Shown: positions 22,532 through 32,175, numbered from the whole stretch's first letter. The stretch is 60,938 nt of DNA, filler included, from 6 parts of 6 records of this genome joined end to end with filler, not necessarily neighbours in it, one strand, 5' to 3'. The notes: generated by a model not told the origin, from the letters alone. Numbers and translations are program-made.

Positions 22532-23905
22532 ATGAAAAAGTCCAAAACAAAATTTCACAAGGTATTGGTGGCAAACCGTGGTGAAATTGCATTAAGAGCG
22601 GTGAAGACGTGCAAGAACCTTGGCATCAAAAGCCTCGCAATTTATTCGACTGCTGACAAATCATCTCAACACGCCATTCAGGCGGATGAGGCCGTGTGTA
22701 TTGGGCCCGCGCCGAGTTCAAAAAGCTATCTGGAACAGGCCGCGATCATTCATATTGCGTTGAAAAATAATTGTGACGCTATTTACCCAGGATACGGGTT
22801 TTTATCAGAAAATGCCAAATTTGTGGATCTGTGTGAGGCAAATGGCATTAAGTTTATCGGCCCAAGTGCGGACTCAATCCGCCGGATGGGCGATAAATCA
22901 ACCGCACGTCAAATCGCCATCGCAAACAAAGTACCAGTGGTAGCCGGATCCGATGGCGCCTATGACAATCCAGAAGACGCGATGCATGCGGCTCAGTCCC
23001 TCGATTACCCTTTATTGCTGAAGGCGCGCGCTGGCGGTGGTGGCCGGGGCATGCAAATCATCACTAATGAAAGTGAGTTCACAATCGCCTTCCAGCGCTG
23101 CAATGCAGAGGCTAAAAGCGCCTTTGGCGATGGATATATCTACATCGAGCGATATTTCCAAAAAATCCGCCATCTTGAAGTTCAAATATTAGGTGACGGC
23201 AAAGGAGAAGCCATCGCGATCGGCGAGAGGGATTGTTCAGTTCAACGCCGCCATCAAAAGTTGATCGAAGAAGCACCAGCCGCGATATTGAACGAAAAAA
23301 CGCGCAACGAGCTTCACAAAACTGCCGAAATGTTGGCAGCAGGTGTGAAGTATGAAGGCGCTGGCACCGTTGAATTCATTTATGATGTCACCACCAAAGA
23401 GTTCTTTTTCATTGAAATGAACACACGCATTCAGGTTGAACATCCGGTAACCGAGATGCTGACTGGGATTGACTTGGTTGCAACGCAATTTTTAATTGCA
23501 CACGGTGCGCCGTTCGAGAGTATTAAGCCGAGGCAAAAACAATCTGGACACGCCATTGAGTTCAGGATCAATGCTGAAAACTGGGAGCAGAATTTCAGAC
23601 CAAATCCAGGGAAACTAATCGCATGGTCTCCGCCTAAAATGTCTGGTGTTCGTGTCGACTCCGCCGCCTATGAGGGATATTATATTGTCCCGTTTTACGA
23701 TTCCATGATCGCCAAGCTGATTGTTCATGCTGAAAGTCGGGACTTGGCAATATCGAAGGCAAAAGACGCGCTGAAAAGTTTTAAGATCGAAGGCATAAAA
23801 ACCACAGCAGGCTTTCATGAAAAAATATTGAACCAAGAGGCCTTTCTGGCAAATAGTATTTCGACACGTTGGGTTGATGAGGTGTTTTTGGAGAATAACA
23901 CATGA
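22532..23905 (+). CDS. accC: Biotin carboxylase subunit (AccC/PycA-like)
   Basis: VLVANRGEIA, PGYGFLSEN, GGGGRGM, RDCSVQRRHQK, EMNTRIQVEH and YDSMIAKL motifs; start at ATG 22532. Confidence 0.95.
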   Translation: MKKSKTKFHKVLVANRGEIALRAVKTCKNLGIKSLAIYSTADKSSQHAIQADEAVCIGPAPSSKSYLEQAAIIHIALKNNCDAIYPGYGFLSENAKFVDLCEANGIKFIGPSADSIRRMGDKSTARQIAIANKVPVVAGSDGAYDNPEDAMHAAQSLDYPLLLKARAGGGGRGMQIITNESEFTIAFQRCNAEAKSAFGDGYIYIERYFQKIRHLEVQILGDGKGEAIAIGERDCSVQRRHQKLIEEAPAAILNEKTRNELHKTAEMLAAGVKYEGAGTVEFIYDVTTKEFFFIEMNTRIQVEHPVTEMLTGIDLVATQFLIAHGAPFESIKPRQKQSGHAIEFRINAENWEQNFRPNPGKLIAWSPPKMSGVRVDSAAYEGYYIVPFYDSMIAKLIVHAESRDLAISKAKDALKSFKIEGIKTTAGFHEKILNQEAFLANSISTRWVDEVFLENNT

Positions 23906-25377
23906 CGATGACAAGAGATGTGCGACTGATTGATGTCACTTTGCGTGACGCCCATCAATGTTTATGGGCAACGCGCATGACGACTGGCATGATGAAATCA
24001 ATGGCGCCTGCTCTTGATGATGCGGGCTTTGAAGCCATTGACCTTGTTGGCGGGGCGGTGTTCGATGTGTGCGTGCGCTACCTTCGCGAGGATCCTTGGG
24101 AGCGAATGCGCATTCTGAGCCAGTGGATCACGAAAACGCCCCTCATCATCCATACACGCGGCCAGAGCCTCTTTACCTTTGAATTTTTTCCCGATGATGT
24201 GGTTGCGCTATCTGCCCAGAGGTTCGCTGCAAACGGGATGCGGTATCACACGCCCTATGATGCGCTGAACGATATCCGCAATTTGGAAATTCCGATCACT
24301 GAGGCAAAACGGCATGGCCTGACCGTTGTTCCCGGGATCGTCTTTACGGAAAGTCCGGTGCACACCGACGAATATTACGTCAAAAAAACCAAAGAAGTAA
24401 TGACACACGGAGTCGATGGGATCTTTCTGAAAGACCCTAGCGGATTGCTAAGACCAGAGCGTGCCAGAAACCTTGTAAAAAGCATGAAATCAGTGATGGG
24501 CGACATGCCGTTGCAGCTTCACTCGCATTGCCTGTCTGGGCTTGCGCCATACACCGCACTTTGCGCCGTGGAGAGCGGTGTGGAGGTCGTGCATTCTGCA
24601 ACTGCGCCGCTAACGAACGGCGCCTCACACCCTTCCACGCAAGAGCTGGTCAATAATTTGCGGCGTATGGGTCACAATATTGATATCAACCTTGACAAAA
24701 TTGATGAAGTTTCAGAAGTCATAAAATTTATTGCCGCCAAGGAAGATAAACCCCTTGGTGAAATTGCCAAATATGACGCATTTCATTTTCACCATCAAGT
24801 CGCCGGAGGCATGATCTCGAATTTGGAATATCAGCTTAGCACCGTTGGCTTGGCTGATAGGCTAGAGGATATTTTGCAAGAGGCTGGCAATGTGCGTGCC
24901 GACCTTGGCTATCCGATTGTTGTGAGTCCATTCGCCCAGTACATAATCACGCAATCTGTTCTGAATGTAGTGGCCATGGATAATGGCAAGGAGCGGTTTT
25001 CAAGCGTGCCCAATGAGGTAAGATTATATGTCCGCGGCGGCTATGGCGAAATTGCCGGCCAGATTGATCCCAACCTTTATGACCGCATAACCAAGGGGGC
25101 AGAACCCATCAGTCAACGTCCAGGTGAATTGGTGCCACCTGCACTGGAAAAGACCAGAAAAAGACTAGGTGCGTCGGCGAGCGATGATGATGTTTTGTTG
25201 GCCGTTTTTTATGACAATAAAGAATACCAAGCTCTTAAAGATGCTGGGCCCATTGATACGGAATATCCGATAATGGAGACGCCTCTTAAAACCCTGATCA
25301 AGGGCATTACCGCACGCGATGACGTTACCAGTTTCCACTTTATTGACCATAACAGCAGCTTAGAGGTTTCAAAATGA
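23902..25377 (+). CDS. Stand-alone pyruvate-carboxylase/oxaloacetate-decarboxylase-type carboxyltransferase (no biotinyl domain)
   Basis: DVTLRDAHQ, EDPWER, LKD, LHSH and GGMISNL motifs; 491 aa with no MK biotin motif. Confidence 0.9.
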   Translation: MTMTRDVRLIDVTLRDAHQCLWATRMTTGMMKSMAPALDDAGFEAIDLVGGAVFDVCVRYLREDPWERMRILSQWITKTPLIIHTRGQSLFTFEFFPDDVVALSAQRFAANGMRYHTPYDALNDIRNLEIPITEAKRHGLTVVPGIVFTESPVHTDEYYVKKTKEVMTHGVDGIFLKDPSGLLRPERARNLVKSMKSVMGDMPLQLHSHCLSGLAPYTALCAVESGVEVVHSATAPLTNGASHPSTQELVNNLRRMGHNIDINLDKIDEVSEVIKFIAAKEDKPLGEIAKYDAFHFHHQVAGGMISNLEYQLSTVGLADRLEDILQEAGNVRADLGYPIVVSPFAQYIITQSVLNVVAMDNGKERFSSVPNEVRLYVRGGYGEIAGQIDPNLYDRITKGAEPISQRPGELVPPALEKTRKRLGASASDDDVLLAVFYDNKEYQALKDAGPIDTEYPIMETPLKTLIKGITARDDVTSFHFIDHNSSLEVSK

Positions 25378-26195
25378 GCAGCCCATGCATTGTTACATGC
25401 GCCATCACCGGTGCCATTCCAACAAAAGCTGACAACCCGGCTGTGCCCGTAATTCCAAGCGAACAGATCGAGTCCACGCATGAGGCATATGAAGCCGGTG
25501 CGTCTCTGGTTCACATTCACGTGCGAAATGACGATGAGACCCCCGGATCAGACCCGAAGAAATTCGAAGAGATTCAGGTGGGGGTGAAAAAACACTGTCC
25601 TGACATGATTATCCAGTTTTCAACTGGTGGCCGCGGCCGTGATCAAAGCAAACGTGGCTCGATGCTGCATCTGCGACCTGACATGGCGTCACTGGCGACA
25701 GGGTCGGTCAATTTTCCAACTGATATTTATGAAAACCCGCCTGAATTTGTCGATGGGTTGGCACAAACAATGCTGGATTACAACGTCAAGCCAGAGATTG
25801 AGATTTTTGACCTTGCCATGCTCTACAACGCCGCCTCGCTAATTAGCCGTGGTTTGCTGGAAAGCCCCCCGCATGTGCAGTTCGTGATGGGCATTCCTAA
25901 TGCGCTGCCGGCGCGCCGGTCAGTCCTCGAATTTCTGATCAAGGAATATAAAGAGGTGATACCGGTTGGCACATGGACTGCGGCTGGCATTGGCAGGCAC
26001 CAGTTTGAGGTTGCACAATGGTGTCTGGAACTCGGCGGCAATTGCCGGACTGGCCTTGAAGACAACATTAAATTCGACCGCGCAAGGTTGGCAAATAGCA
26101 ACGCTGAACTGGTGAAGAAACTGGTTGATGTAATGCCCGTATATAACCGCCAACCGGCCTCACCGACCGAAGCGCGTGAAATCCTTGGGCTTTAA
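25374..26195 (+). CDS. Beta-keto acid cleavage enzyme (BKACE/DUF849, Kce family)
   Basis: TCAITG, HIH, STGG, PEIE and RTGLED motifs. Confidence 0.93.
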   Translation: MSSPCIVTCAITGAIPTKADNPAVPVIPSEQIESTHEAYEAGASLVHIHVRNDDETPGSDPKKFEEIQVGVKKHCPDMIIQFSTGGRGRDQSKRGSMLHLRPDMASLATGSVNFPTDIYENPPEFVDGLAQTMLDYNVKPEIEIFDLAMLYNAASLISRGLLESPPHVQFVMGIPNALPARRSVLEFLIKEYKEVIPVGTWTAAGIGRHQFEVAQWCLELGGNCRTGLEDNIKFDRARLANSNAELVKKLVDVMPVYNRQPASPTEAREILGL

Positions 26196-26263
26196 CCCAT
26201 TATCTTTCTGCAACCCGGTTTTCTAACCTGACGACAACAATATTTTTTCGGAGGATCAACATC

Positions 26264-26884
26264 ATGAGACCATCCTTGAATAATGGCTATTCTGGGTCAA
26301 TAATTGCTGACACTATGATGGAGCGGTGTCTGAAAATTGTGGAAAGACAACAACAGGCTTCCAATTTCTTCATAAAAATGTTTTCAGTTCTTATCGGAAC
26401 GGGTCTAATCACCTTGTCATCCTATGTAACGGTCCCCCTTTACCCTGTGCCGGTGACTGCACAGACGTTAGTGGTGTTGTTGATCGGATTGTCCTTTGGC
26501 CCGCAATTAGCCTTTATAACAATCAGCCTATATTTGTTCCAGGGCGCTTTTGGCCTTCCGGTCTTTGCCGGTGGCACTGGTGGCCTTGGGGCATTGCTTG
26601 GTCCAACTGGTGGCTATCTTTTCGGCTTTCTTGCTGCAGGCTCATTGCTGGGTTTTTTAGCGCGGCGCGGGTTTGGCAAAAACTTTGTGACAACGATCAT
26701 CGCCATGGTCGCTGGTAATGCCGTTATCTATCTGCTTGGCGTGTCATGGCTGACGCACTTCATTGGCATCGAAAACGCATTGGTACAGGGTGTTTTGCCA
26801 TTCCTTTATGGGGATGCGTTGAAGATTCTGGCAGCCGCTGTGCTGATGCCCGTAGCTTGGAAATTTTTGTCACATACAAGATGA
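26264..26884 (+). CDS. bioY: Biotin transporter BioY
   Basis: PVPVTAQTL, GLPVFAGG and GPTGGYLFGF motifs; GGAGGA RBS. Confidence 0.93.
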   Translation: MRPSLNNGYSGSIIADTMMERCLKIVERQQQASNFFIKMFSVLIGTGLITLSSYVTVPLYPVPVTAQTLVVLLIGLSFGPQLAFITISLYLFQGAFGLPVFAGGTGGLGALLGPTGGYLFGFLAAGSLLGFLARRGFGKNFVTTIIAMVAGNAVIYLLGVSWLTHFIGIENALVQGVLPFLYGDALKILAAAVLMPVAWKFLSHTR

Positions 26885-27039
26885 AGACATGGTTTCTGAG
26901 GTGATGAATTCACTGATATTGACTAAAAGCACTACATGGGTTGGGTGTGGGGTTAGAATGGCTAAGTGTAATGATTTCTTGAGCCAATGCTTCACATCAT
27001 TTAAACGTAGCAGTGAACGCGACAATAATTAAGTGTACA

Positions 27040-27180
27040 AAAAAGTCGTCTCTAATCGAAGGCGGTTAATTTATTGATATTATTTGTAATATTTGTTTGC
27101 GGAGGCAGGGTTTACTCAAGACCCTACAATTAGTTCTTGGGTATGAGGTCGTTGCGGAGGCGCGCAACCGCCGTTACTTG
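27040..27180. mobile_element. Putative stacked attachment-site scars of tRNA-targeting integrative elements
   Basis: TTGCGGAGGC at 27097 and 27152 after a hairpin and AT-rich tract; translates as AEAGFTQDPTI and VAEARNRRY, recalled as large-serine-recombinase C-terminal/att junction-like. Confidence 0.35.
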
Positions 27181-27246
27181 CTCCTTGATTATACATTCAT
27201 TGTAGATCTGTTAAGCCAAAAGCATCCATTTACGCTACCTTGGCTT

Positions 27247-27897
27247 TTATTTTGTGCCATACATACGATCGCCTGCATCGCCGAGGCCAGGCAAAATATA
27301 CGCGTGATCATTCAGCTCACGATCAACAGCAGCAGTGATAATCGGAACATCTGGATGCTGGTCTGAAAAAGCCGTCAGACCCTCTGGGGCAGCCAGCAAG
27401 CATACAAATTTTATGCGTTTAGCGCCGGCATCTTTAATGCGTTGTACAGCCGCTGCCGCAGAGTTACCTGTAGCCAACATTGGGTCGACTACAATACATA
27501 AGCGTTCATCAAGTTGATCAGGTAACTTTGAATAGTACTCAACAGGTACTAACGTTGTTGGATCTCGGTAAAGACCAACATGCCCTACACGAGCCGATGG
27601 CACTAAATCCAGCATCCCATCAAGAAGACCATTGCCAGCACGTAAAATAGATATAAAGCAAAGTTTCTTTCCTTCAAGCTTAGGCATTTTCGCATTTTCG
27701 AGTGGGGTTTCTATTTCAACTTGCTCTGTTTCCAAATCGCTACACACTTCATAAGCCAATAGTAGGCTTATCTCACGTAATAGCTGCCGAAACTTTGCAG
27801 TTGGGGTAGATATATCACGCATGATAGACAGTTTATGCTGGACAAGCGGGTGACCAACTATTGTTGTGTTTTTCTGGTTCATATTTTGTTTTCCCAT
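27247..27897 (-). CDS. upp: Uracil phosphoribosyltransferase
   Basis: [20 protein letters not shown] and [12 protein letters not shown] motifs. Confidence 0.97.
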   Translation of the reverse strand: MGKQNMNQKNTTIVGHPLVQHKLSIMRDISTPTAKFRQLLREISLLLAYEVCSDLETEQVEIETPLENAKMPKLEGKKLCFISILRAGNGLLDGMLDLVPSARVGHVGLYRDPTTLVPVEYYSKLPDQLDERLCIVVDPMLATGNSAAAAVQRIKDAGAKRIKFVCLLAAPEGLTAFSDQHPDVPIITAAVDRELNDHAYILPGLGDAGDRMYGTK

Positions 27898-27915
27898 AGT
27901 TATTCTAAAACAGCA

Positions 27916-28233
27916 TCAAAAGATTGTTCCCCTGCTTTTTAGGCGCAAAGGTGGGCTAGCGTCAGCGCGCAGCCTCTGGGCAATCCTCCGACCAGCTGAC
28001 CAAGTGCCGCCTTGCAAGATGCTCACAAGCGGCATACTTTCTGAATTATTATTCGTATGCTGCCGAATTTGCTCAGCCAATTGATCAAGAAGGGTTACAG
28101 TCAATGCTCTCCATTCGACAATAAGTGGGCTTTTGGGGTCGTGTACTTTTTCCATTTGGGTTTTATCCCTTAAGGAAATTGTCCCAGTGTCTATGAATAA
28201 ACCGCCATTACGATATTCTGCGAGGCCGGTTAG
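27916..28233 (-). CDS. URC4/Urg3 (DUF1688) family protein, C-terminal fragment
   Basis: Frame extends to LTGLAEYRNGGLF...VEWRALTV...QGGTWSAGR...GTIF; adjacent to upp. Confidence 0.85.
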   Translation of the reverse strand, partial: LTGLAEYRNGGLFIDTGTISLRDKTQMEKVHDPKSPLIVEWRALTVTLLDQLAEQIRQHTNNNSESMPLVSILQGGTWSAGRRIAQRLRADASPPLRLKSRGTIF

Positions 28234-28333
28234 NNNNNNNNNNNNNNNNNNNNNNNNNNNNNNNNNNNNNNNNNNNNTTAATTAATTAANNNNNNNNNNN
28301 NNNNNNNNNNNNNNNNNNNNNNNNNNNNNNNNN
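28234..28333. other. Artificial contig linker
   Basis: N44-TTAATTAATTAA-N44. Confidence 0.98.
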
Positions 28334-28747
28334 AATGTTCATTGTGTTGAATTAAAACCCTTAAAAGGCGCTCAACTTGCTAGAAGTGCTGGAACATCTG
28401 CAAGATTAGTTGCAAAAGAAGGAATATACGCAACATTAAGACTTCAATCAGGTGAAACAAGAAAGGTTTTGTGGGAATGCAGAGCTACTTTAGGGACCGT
28501 ATCAAATCAAGAAAATAATCTTAAATCACTAGGTAAGGCTGGAGCTAAAAGGTGGAGAGGCGTTAGACCAACCGTTAGAGGTGTGGCCATGAACCCTGTA
28601 GATCACCCACATGGTGGTGGTGAAGGAAGAACATCAGGAGGTAGACATCCATCTACGCCATGGGGTGTTCCAACTAAGGGATATAAAACTAGAAAGAATC
28701 AAAGAACCGATGACCTAATTATTAGAAGAAGAGGAAGTAGGAAGTAA
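28334..28747 (+). CDS. rplB: 50S ribosomal protein L2 (C-terminal part)
   Basis: ARSAG and [17 protein letters not shown] motifs. Confidence 0.98.
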   Translation, partial: NVHCVELKPLKGAQLARSAGTSARLVAKEGIYATLRLQSGETRKVLWECRATLGTVSNQENNLKSLGKAGAKRWRGVRPTVRGVAMNPVDHPHGGGEGRTSGGRHPSTPWGVPTKGYKTRKNQRTDDLIIRRRGSRK

Positions 28748-28752
28748 AGAAT

Positions 28753-29025
28753 ATGCCAAGATCATTAAAAAAAGGACCATTTATAGATTTATCTCTTGAA
28801 AAAAGAGTAGAGGCTGCATTGGCTTCAAATGATAAAAGACCAATTAAGACCTGGTCTAGAAGGTCGATGATAAATCCATCTATGGTAGGACTAACAATAG
28901 CAGTTCATAACGGAAGACAGCATGTACCTGTTTATATTAATGAAGACATGGTTGGTCATAAACTTGGTGAATTTGCAATTACACGAACATTTAAAATGCA
29001 CTCTGGTGATAGGAAGGCTAAATAA
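28753..29025 (+). CDS. rpsS: 30S ribosomal protein S19
   Basis: [10 protein letters not shown] and GHKLGEF motifs. Confidence 0.98.
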   Translation: MPRSLKKGPFIDLSLEKRVEAALASNDKRPIKTWSRRSMINPSMVGLTIAVHNGRQHVPVYINEDMVGHKLGEFAITRTFKMHSGDRKAK

Positions 29026-29363
29026 TGGAAACAAGAGCATATTTAAAAGGCACTAGGCTTTCTCCTCAAAAAGCGGGACTAGTCGCAAATGCAATCAGGG
29101 GAAAATCTGTTCAAGAAGCTATGGATTTCCTAATTTTTAATAAGCAAAAAGGGTCTGCAATTATTAAAAAACTTCTTGAATCAGCAATTGCAAATGCAGA
29201 GCACAACAATAAAGCTGATATCGACTTACTTTCAGTTAAATCAATTATCGTCAATCAAGGAATGAGATTAAAGAGAATGAAACCAAGGGCTAGAGGAAGA
29301 GCTGATAGGATTATTAAGCCAACTTGCCATATCGAAATTATATTAGCCGAAGGGGATAAATAA
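29025..29363 (+). CDS. rplV: 50S ribosomal protein L22
   Basis: SAIANAEHN and PRARGRA motifs. Confidence 0.98.
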   Translation: METRAYLKGTRLSPQKAGLVANAIRGKSVQEAMDFLIFNKQKGSAIIKKLLESAIANAEHNNKADIDLLSVKSIIVNQGMRLKRMKPRARGRADRIIKPTCHIEIILAEGDK

Positions 29364-30022
29364 TGGGACAAAAAGTTAATCCAATAGGGTTTAGATTAGG
29401 TACATCTAAAAAGCAAAATGCAAATTGGTATGCCAAAGGCAAGGATTTTTCTACAAATTTAATTCAAGATTTGAAAGTTAGAGAATATTTTAAAACTAAA
29501 TTAAAAAACTCTTCAATTAGTAGAATTGAATTAGAAAGATCAGCTGAGAATTTTATAGTTTCCATATATACATCTAGGCCTGGAATTATTATTGGTAAAA
29601 GAGGCGAAGAGATAGATAACCTCAAAAAAGCTGTAGAAAAAATTGTAAAGAAACCATCTCAAATAAATATTAAAGAAGTTAAAAAGCCTGATTTAGATGC
29701 ACAAATACTAGCTGAAGGCGTTGCACAGCAGCTTGAAAAAAGAGTTATGTTTAGAAGAGCTATGAAAAGAACAGTTCAGAGCGCTCTTAGACAAAGTGCT
29801 AAAGGGGTAAGAATAGAGGTTTCCGGTAGATTAAATGGAGCTGAAATTGCAAGAACAGAATGGTATAGAGAAGGAAGAGTACCTCTTCACACTCTAAGAG
29901 CAGACATTGATTATGCAACGGCAGAGGCCTTAACCACTTATGGAATTATTGGTGTAAAAGTTTGGGTATTTAAGGGTGAAATCACCGAAGATCCATATAA
30001 ATCTGAAGTTGGAGTTAATTAG
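29363..30022 (+). CDS. rpsC: 30S ribosomal protein S3
   Basis: [17 protein letters not shown] and [10 protein letters not shown] motifs. Confidence 0.98.
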   Translation: MGQKVNPIGFRLGTSKKQNANWYAKGKDFSTNLIQDLKVREYFKTKLKNSSISRIELERSAENFIVSIYTSRPGIIIGKRGEEIDNLKKAVEKIVKKPSQINIKEVKKPDLDAQILAEGVAQQLEKRVMFRRAMKRTVQSALRQSAKGVRIEVSGRLNGAEIARTEWYREGRVPLHTLRADIDYATAEALTTYGIIGVKVWVFKGEITEDPYKSEVGVN

Positions 30023-30024
30023 AA

Positions 30025-30435
30025 ATGTTACAGCCAAAACAAACAAAATTTAGAAAAATGCATAAGGGTAGAAACAGAGGCCTTGCACAAAATGGAAATA
30101 CAGTTGCTTTTGGTAGATTTGGTTTAGTTGCCTCCGATAGAGGTCGAATTACAGCTCGACAAATAGAAGCAGCAAGACGAGCTATGACAAGACATATAAA
30201 AAGGGGCGGAAATATTTGGATTAGAATTTTTCCAGATAAACCTATTACAAAAAAACCATTAGAAGTTCGTATGGGTAAAGGTAAAGGTAATGTTGAGTAT
30301 TGGGTTGCGCTGGTTCAGCCAGGAAAAGTTATGTTTGAAATGGCTGGTGTTGAAGAGGATCTTGCTAGAGAAGCATTCAAGTTAGCAGCTGCAAAGCTTC
30401 CAATTAAGACACACTTTATTAGAAAGGACGTATAA
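30025..30435 (+). CDS. rplP: 50S ribosomal protein L16
   Basis: MLQPK and RMGKGKG motifs. Confidence 0.98.
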   Translation: MLQPKQTKFRKMHKGRNRGLAQNGNTVAFGRFGLVASDRGRITARQIEAARRAMTRHIKRGGNIWIRIFPDKPITKKPLEVRMGKGKGNVEYWVALVQPGKVMFEMAGVEEDLAREAFKLAAAKLPIKTHFIRKDV

Positions 30436-30642
30436 ATGAATAAAGAATTGCAAGAGCTAAGAAAGAAAAATTTTGAGCAACTTAATGCAGAATTAGTAGC
30501 AACAAGACAAGAGCAGTTTAATCTTAGAATCAAACATAAGACTGGACAACTAAATGAAACTAACCAGCTTGGTATAGCTAGAAAAAAGATTGCAAAAATA
30601 AAAACTCTAATGAACGAATTAAAATCACAGGATAGCAAATAA
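30436..30642 (+). CDS. rpmC: 50S ribosomal protein L29
   Basis: EQFNLR...TGQL...IAKIKT; operon position. Confidence 0.95.
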   Translation: MNKELQELRKKNFEQLNAELVATRQEQFNLRIKHKTGQLNETNQLGIARKKIAKIKTLMNELKSQDSK

Positions 30643-30929
30643 TGAATACAACTAATCCAAGAGTTCTATCAGGTGTTGTTACAAGCGATAAGGCTGATAA
30701 AACAATAACTGTAAAAATTGAAAGAAAAGTTAAGCATCCGCTTTATGGAAAAGTTATGAAGAGAGCAACAAAAGTTCATGCTCATGATGAAAATAATACA
30801 GCGGTAATAGGTGACTTTGTAACTGTTAAAGAATGCAGACCATTTTCAAAAAATAAAACATGGGTTTTGGTCGAAGGTGATAATCAGCCTTCTTTACAAG
30901 GTGAAAATATAACTGAGGAGAGTGAATAA
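30642..30929 (+). CDS. rpsQ: 30S ribosomal protein S17
   Basis: HPLYGK, HAHDE and ECRPFSK motifs. Confidence 0.97.
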   Translation: MNTTNPRVLSGVVTSDKADKTITVKIERKVKHPLYGKVMKRATKVHAHDENNTAVIGDFVTVKECRPFSKNKTWVLVEGDNQPSLQGENITEESE

Positions 30930-31297
30930 TGATTCAGATGCAATCACTTTTAAAAATTGCTGACAACAGCGGAGCAAGGAGTGTAATGTGCATTAAGGTC
31001 CTTGGCGGCTCTAAAAGAAGATATGCAAATATTGGCGATATTATCAAGGTTGCTGTAAGAGAAGCTATTCCTACTGGAAAAGTTAAAAAAGGCCAGGTTG
31101 TAGATGCATTAATCGTTAGAACCAAGAAGGGTGTAAGAAGAAGAGATGGGTCTTTAATTAAATTTGATGAAAATGCAGCTGTATTAATCAACAATCAAAA
31201 AGCTCCAATAGGTACGCGTGTATTTGGACCTGTTACAAGAGAGCTAAGAGATGGAAAGCATATGAAAATTCTCTCATTAGCTCCGGAGGTAATTTAA
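30929..31297 (+). CDS. rplN: 50S ribosomal protein L14
   Basis: ADNSGA, FDENAAV and SLAPEV motifs. Confidence 0.98.
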   Translation: MIQMQSLLKIADNSGARSVMCIKVLGGSKRRYANIGDIIKVAVREAIPTGKVKKGQVVDALIVRTKKGVRRRDGSLIKFDENAAVLINNQKAPIGTRVFGPVTRELRDGKHMKILSLAPEVI

Positions 31298-31299
31298 TA

Positions 31300-31626
31300 A
31301 TGATAACTCCTACAAAACTAAGAACAGGTGACGAAGTAATTGTTGTAGCTGGTAGAGATCTGGGCAAAAAAGGTACTTTGAGAAAAATTATAAAAAATAA
31401 AAATAAGGCTATTGTTACTGGAATAAATATGGTGAAAAAGCACACCAAACCAAATCCAGAAATGGGTATTACTGGAGGCGTTGTTGAACAAGAGGCTGCA
31501 ATTGCCTTATCTAATTTAGCAATATGGAATCCAGGTAAGAAATCAAAAGATAAAATTGCTTATGCAACTGATAAAGATGGAAAAAAAATTAGATTATTTA
31601 AATCTGATAATAAAGAGATTAAGTAG
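31300..31626 (+). CDS. rplX: 50S ribosomal protein L24
   Basis: GDEVIVVAGRDLGK and VKKHTKP motifs. Confidence 0.97.
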   Translation: MITPTKLRTGDEVIVVAGRDLGKKGTLRKIIKNKNKAIVTGINMVKKHTKPNPEMGITGGVVEQEAAIALSNLAIWNPGKKSKDKIAYATDKDGKKIRLFKSDNKEIK

Positions 31627-32166
31627 ATGTCAAATTTAAGAGAAAGATACAACAATGAGCTTAAAGCTGTTCTTCAAGAAAAGCTTGGCATTAAAAATAT
31701 TATGGCAGTACCTAAACTTACTAAGGTAGTAATAAATATGGGTGTTGGAGAGGCAGCAAATGATAAGAAATATCTTGAATCAGCTGTTCAAAATATGACT
31801 GCTATAGCAGGACAAAAACCTGTTGTAACAAAAGCTAGAAAATCAGTTGCAAGTTTTAAAATCAGAGAAGGTTGGCCTCTAGGTTGCAAAGTAACACTGC
31901 GTGGCGACAAAATGTATGATTTTATGGAAAGACTGATTGATATAGCTATTCCAAGGGAAAGAGATTTTAGAGGTTTGAATCCAAAATCTTTTGATGGACA
32001 AGGAAATTATAATTTTGGTATCAAAGAGCAAATTATTTTTCCGGAAATCAAGTTCGACAATGTAGATACTATTAGAGGTATGGATGTTTGTATTAATACT
32101 TCTGCAACAAACAAAGAGGATGCAAAAGCTTTACTTGAAGTTTTAGAATTCCCATTTAAAAGATAG
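31627..32166 (+). CDS. rplE: 50S ribosomal protein L5
   Basis: [15 protein letters not shown] and FDGQGNY motifs. Confidence 0.98.
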   Translation: MSNLRERYNNELKAVLQEKLGIKNIMAVPKLTKVVINMGVGEAANDKKYLESAVQNMTAIAGQKPVVTKARKSVASFKIREGWPLGCKVTLRGDKMYDFMERLIDIAIPRERDFRGLNPKSFDGQGNYNFGIKEQIIFPEIKFDNVDTIRGMDVCINTSATNKEDAKALLEVLEFPFKR

Positions 32167-32175
32167 GTAATAAAT

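Noticed and set aside
21028-25377. Ordinary acetyl-CoA carboxylase, urea carboxylase or Na+-pumping oxaloacetate decarboxylase
   Set aside because: No AccA/AccD, no urea-carboxylase CT domains and no OadB/OadG; the CT is PC-type and the context is catabolic.
26904-27366. Short ORFs after bioY (42 aa by hand, and the tracked 89-aa ORF at 27097)
   Set aside because: No credible RBS spacing or motif; the longer ORF overlaps upp and is better explained by the att-like sequence.
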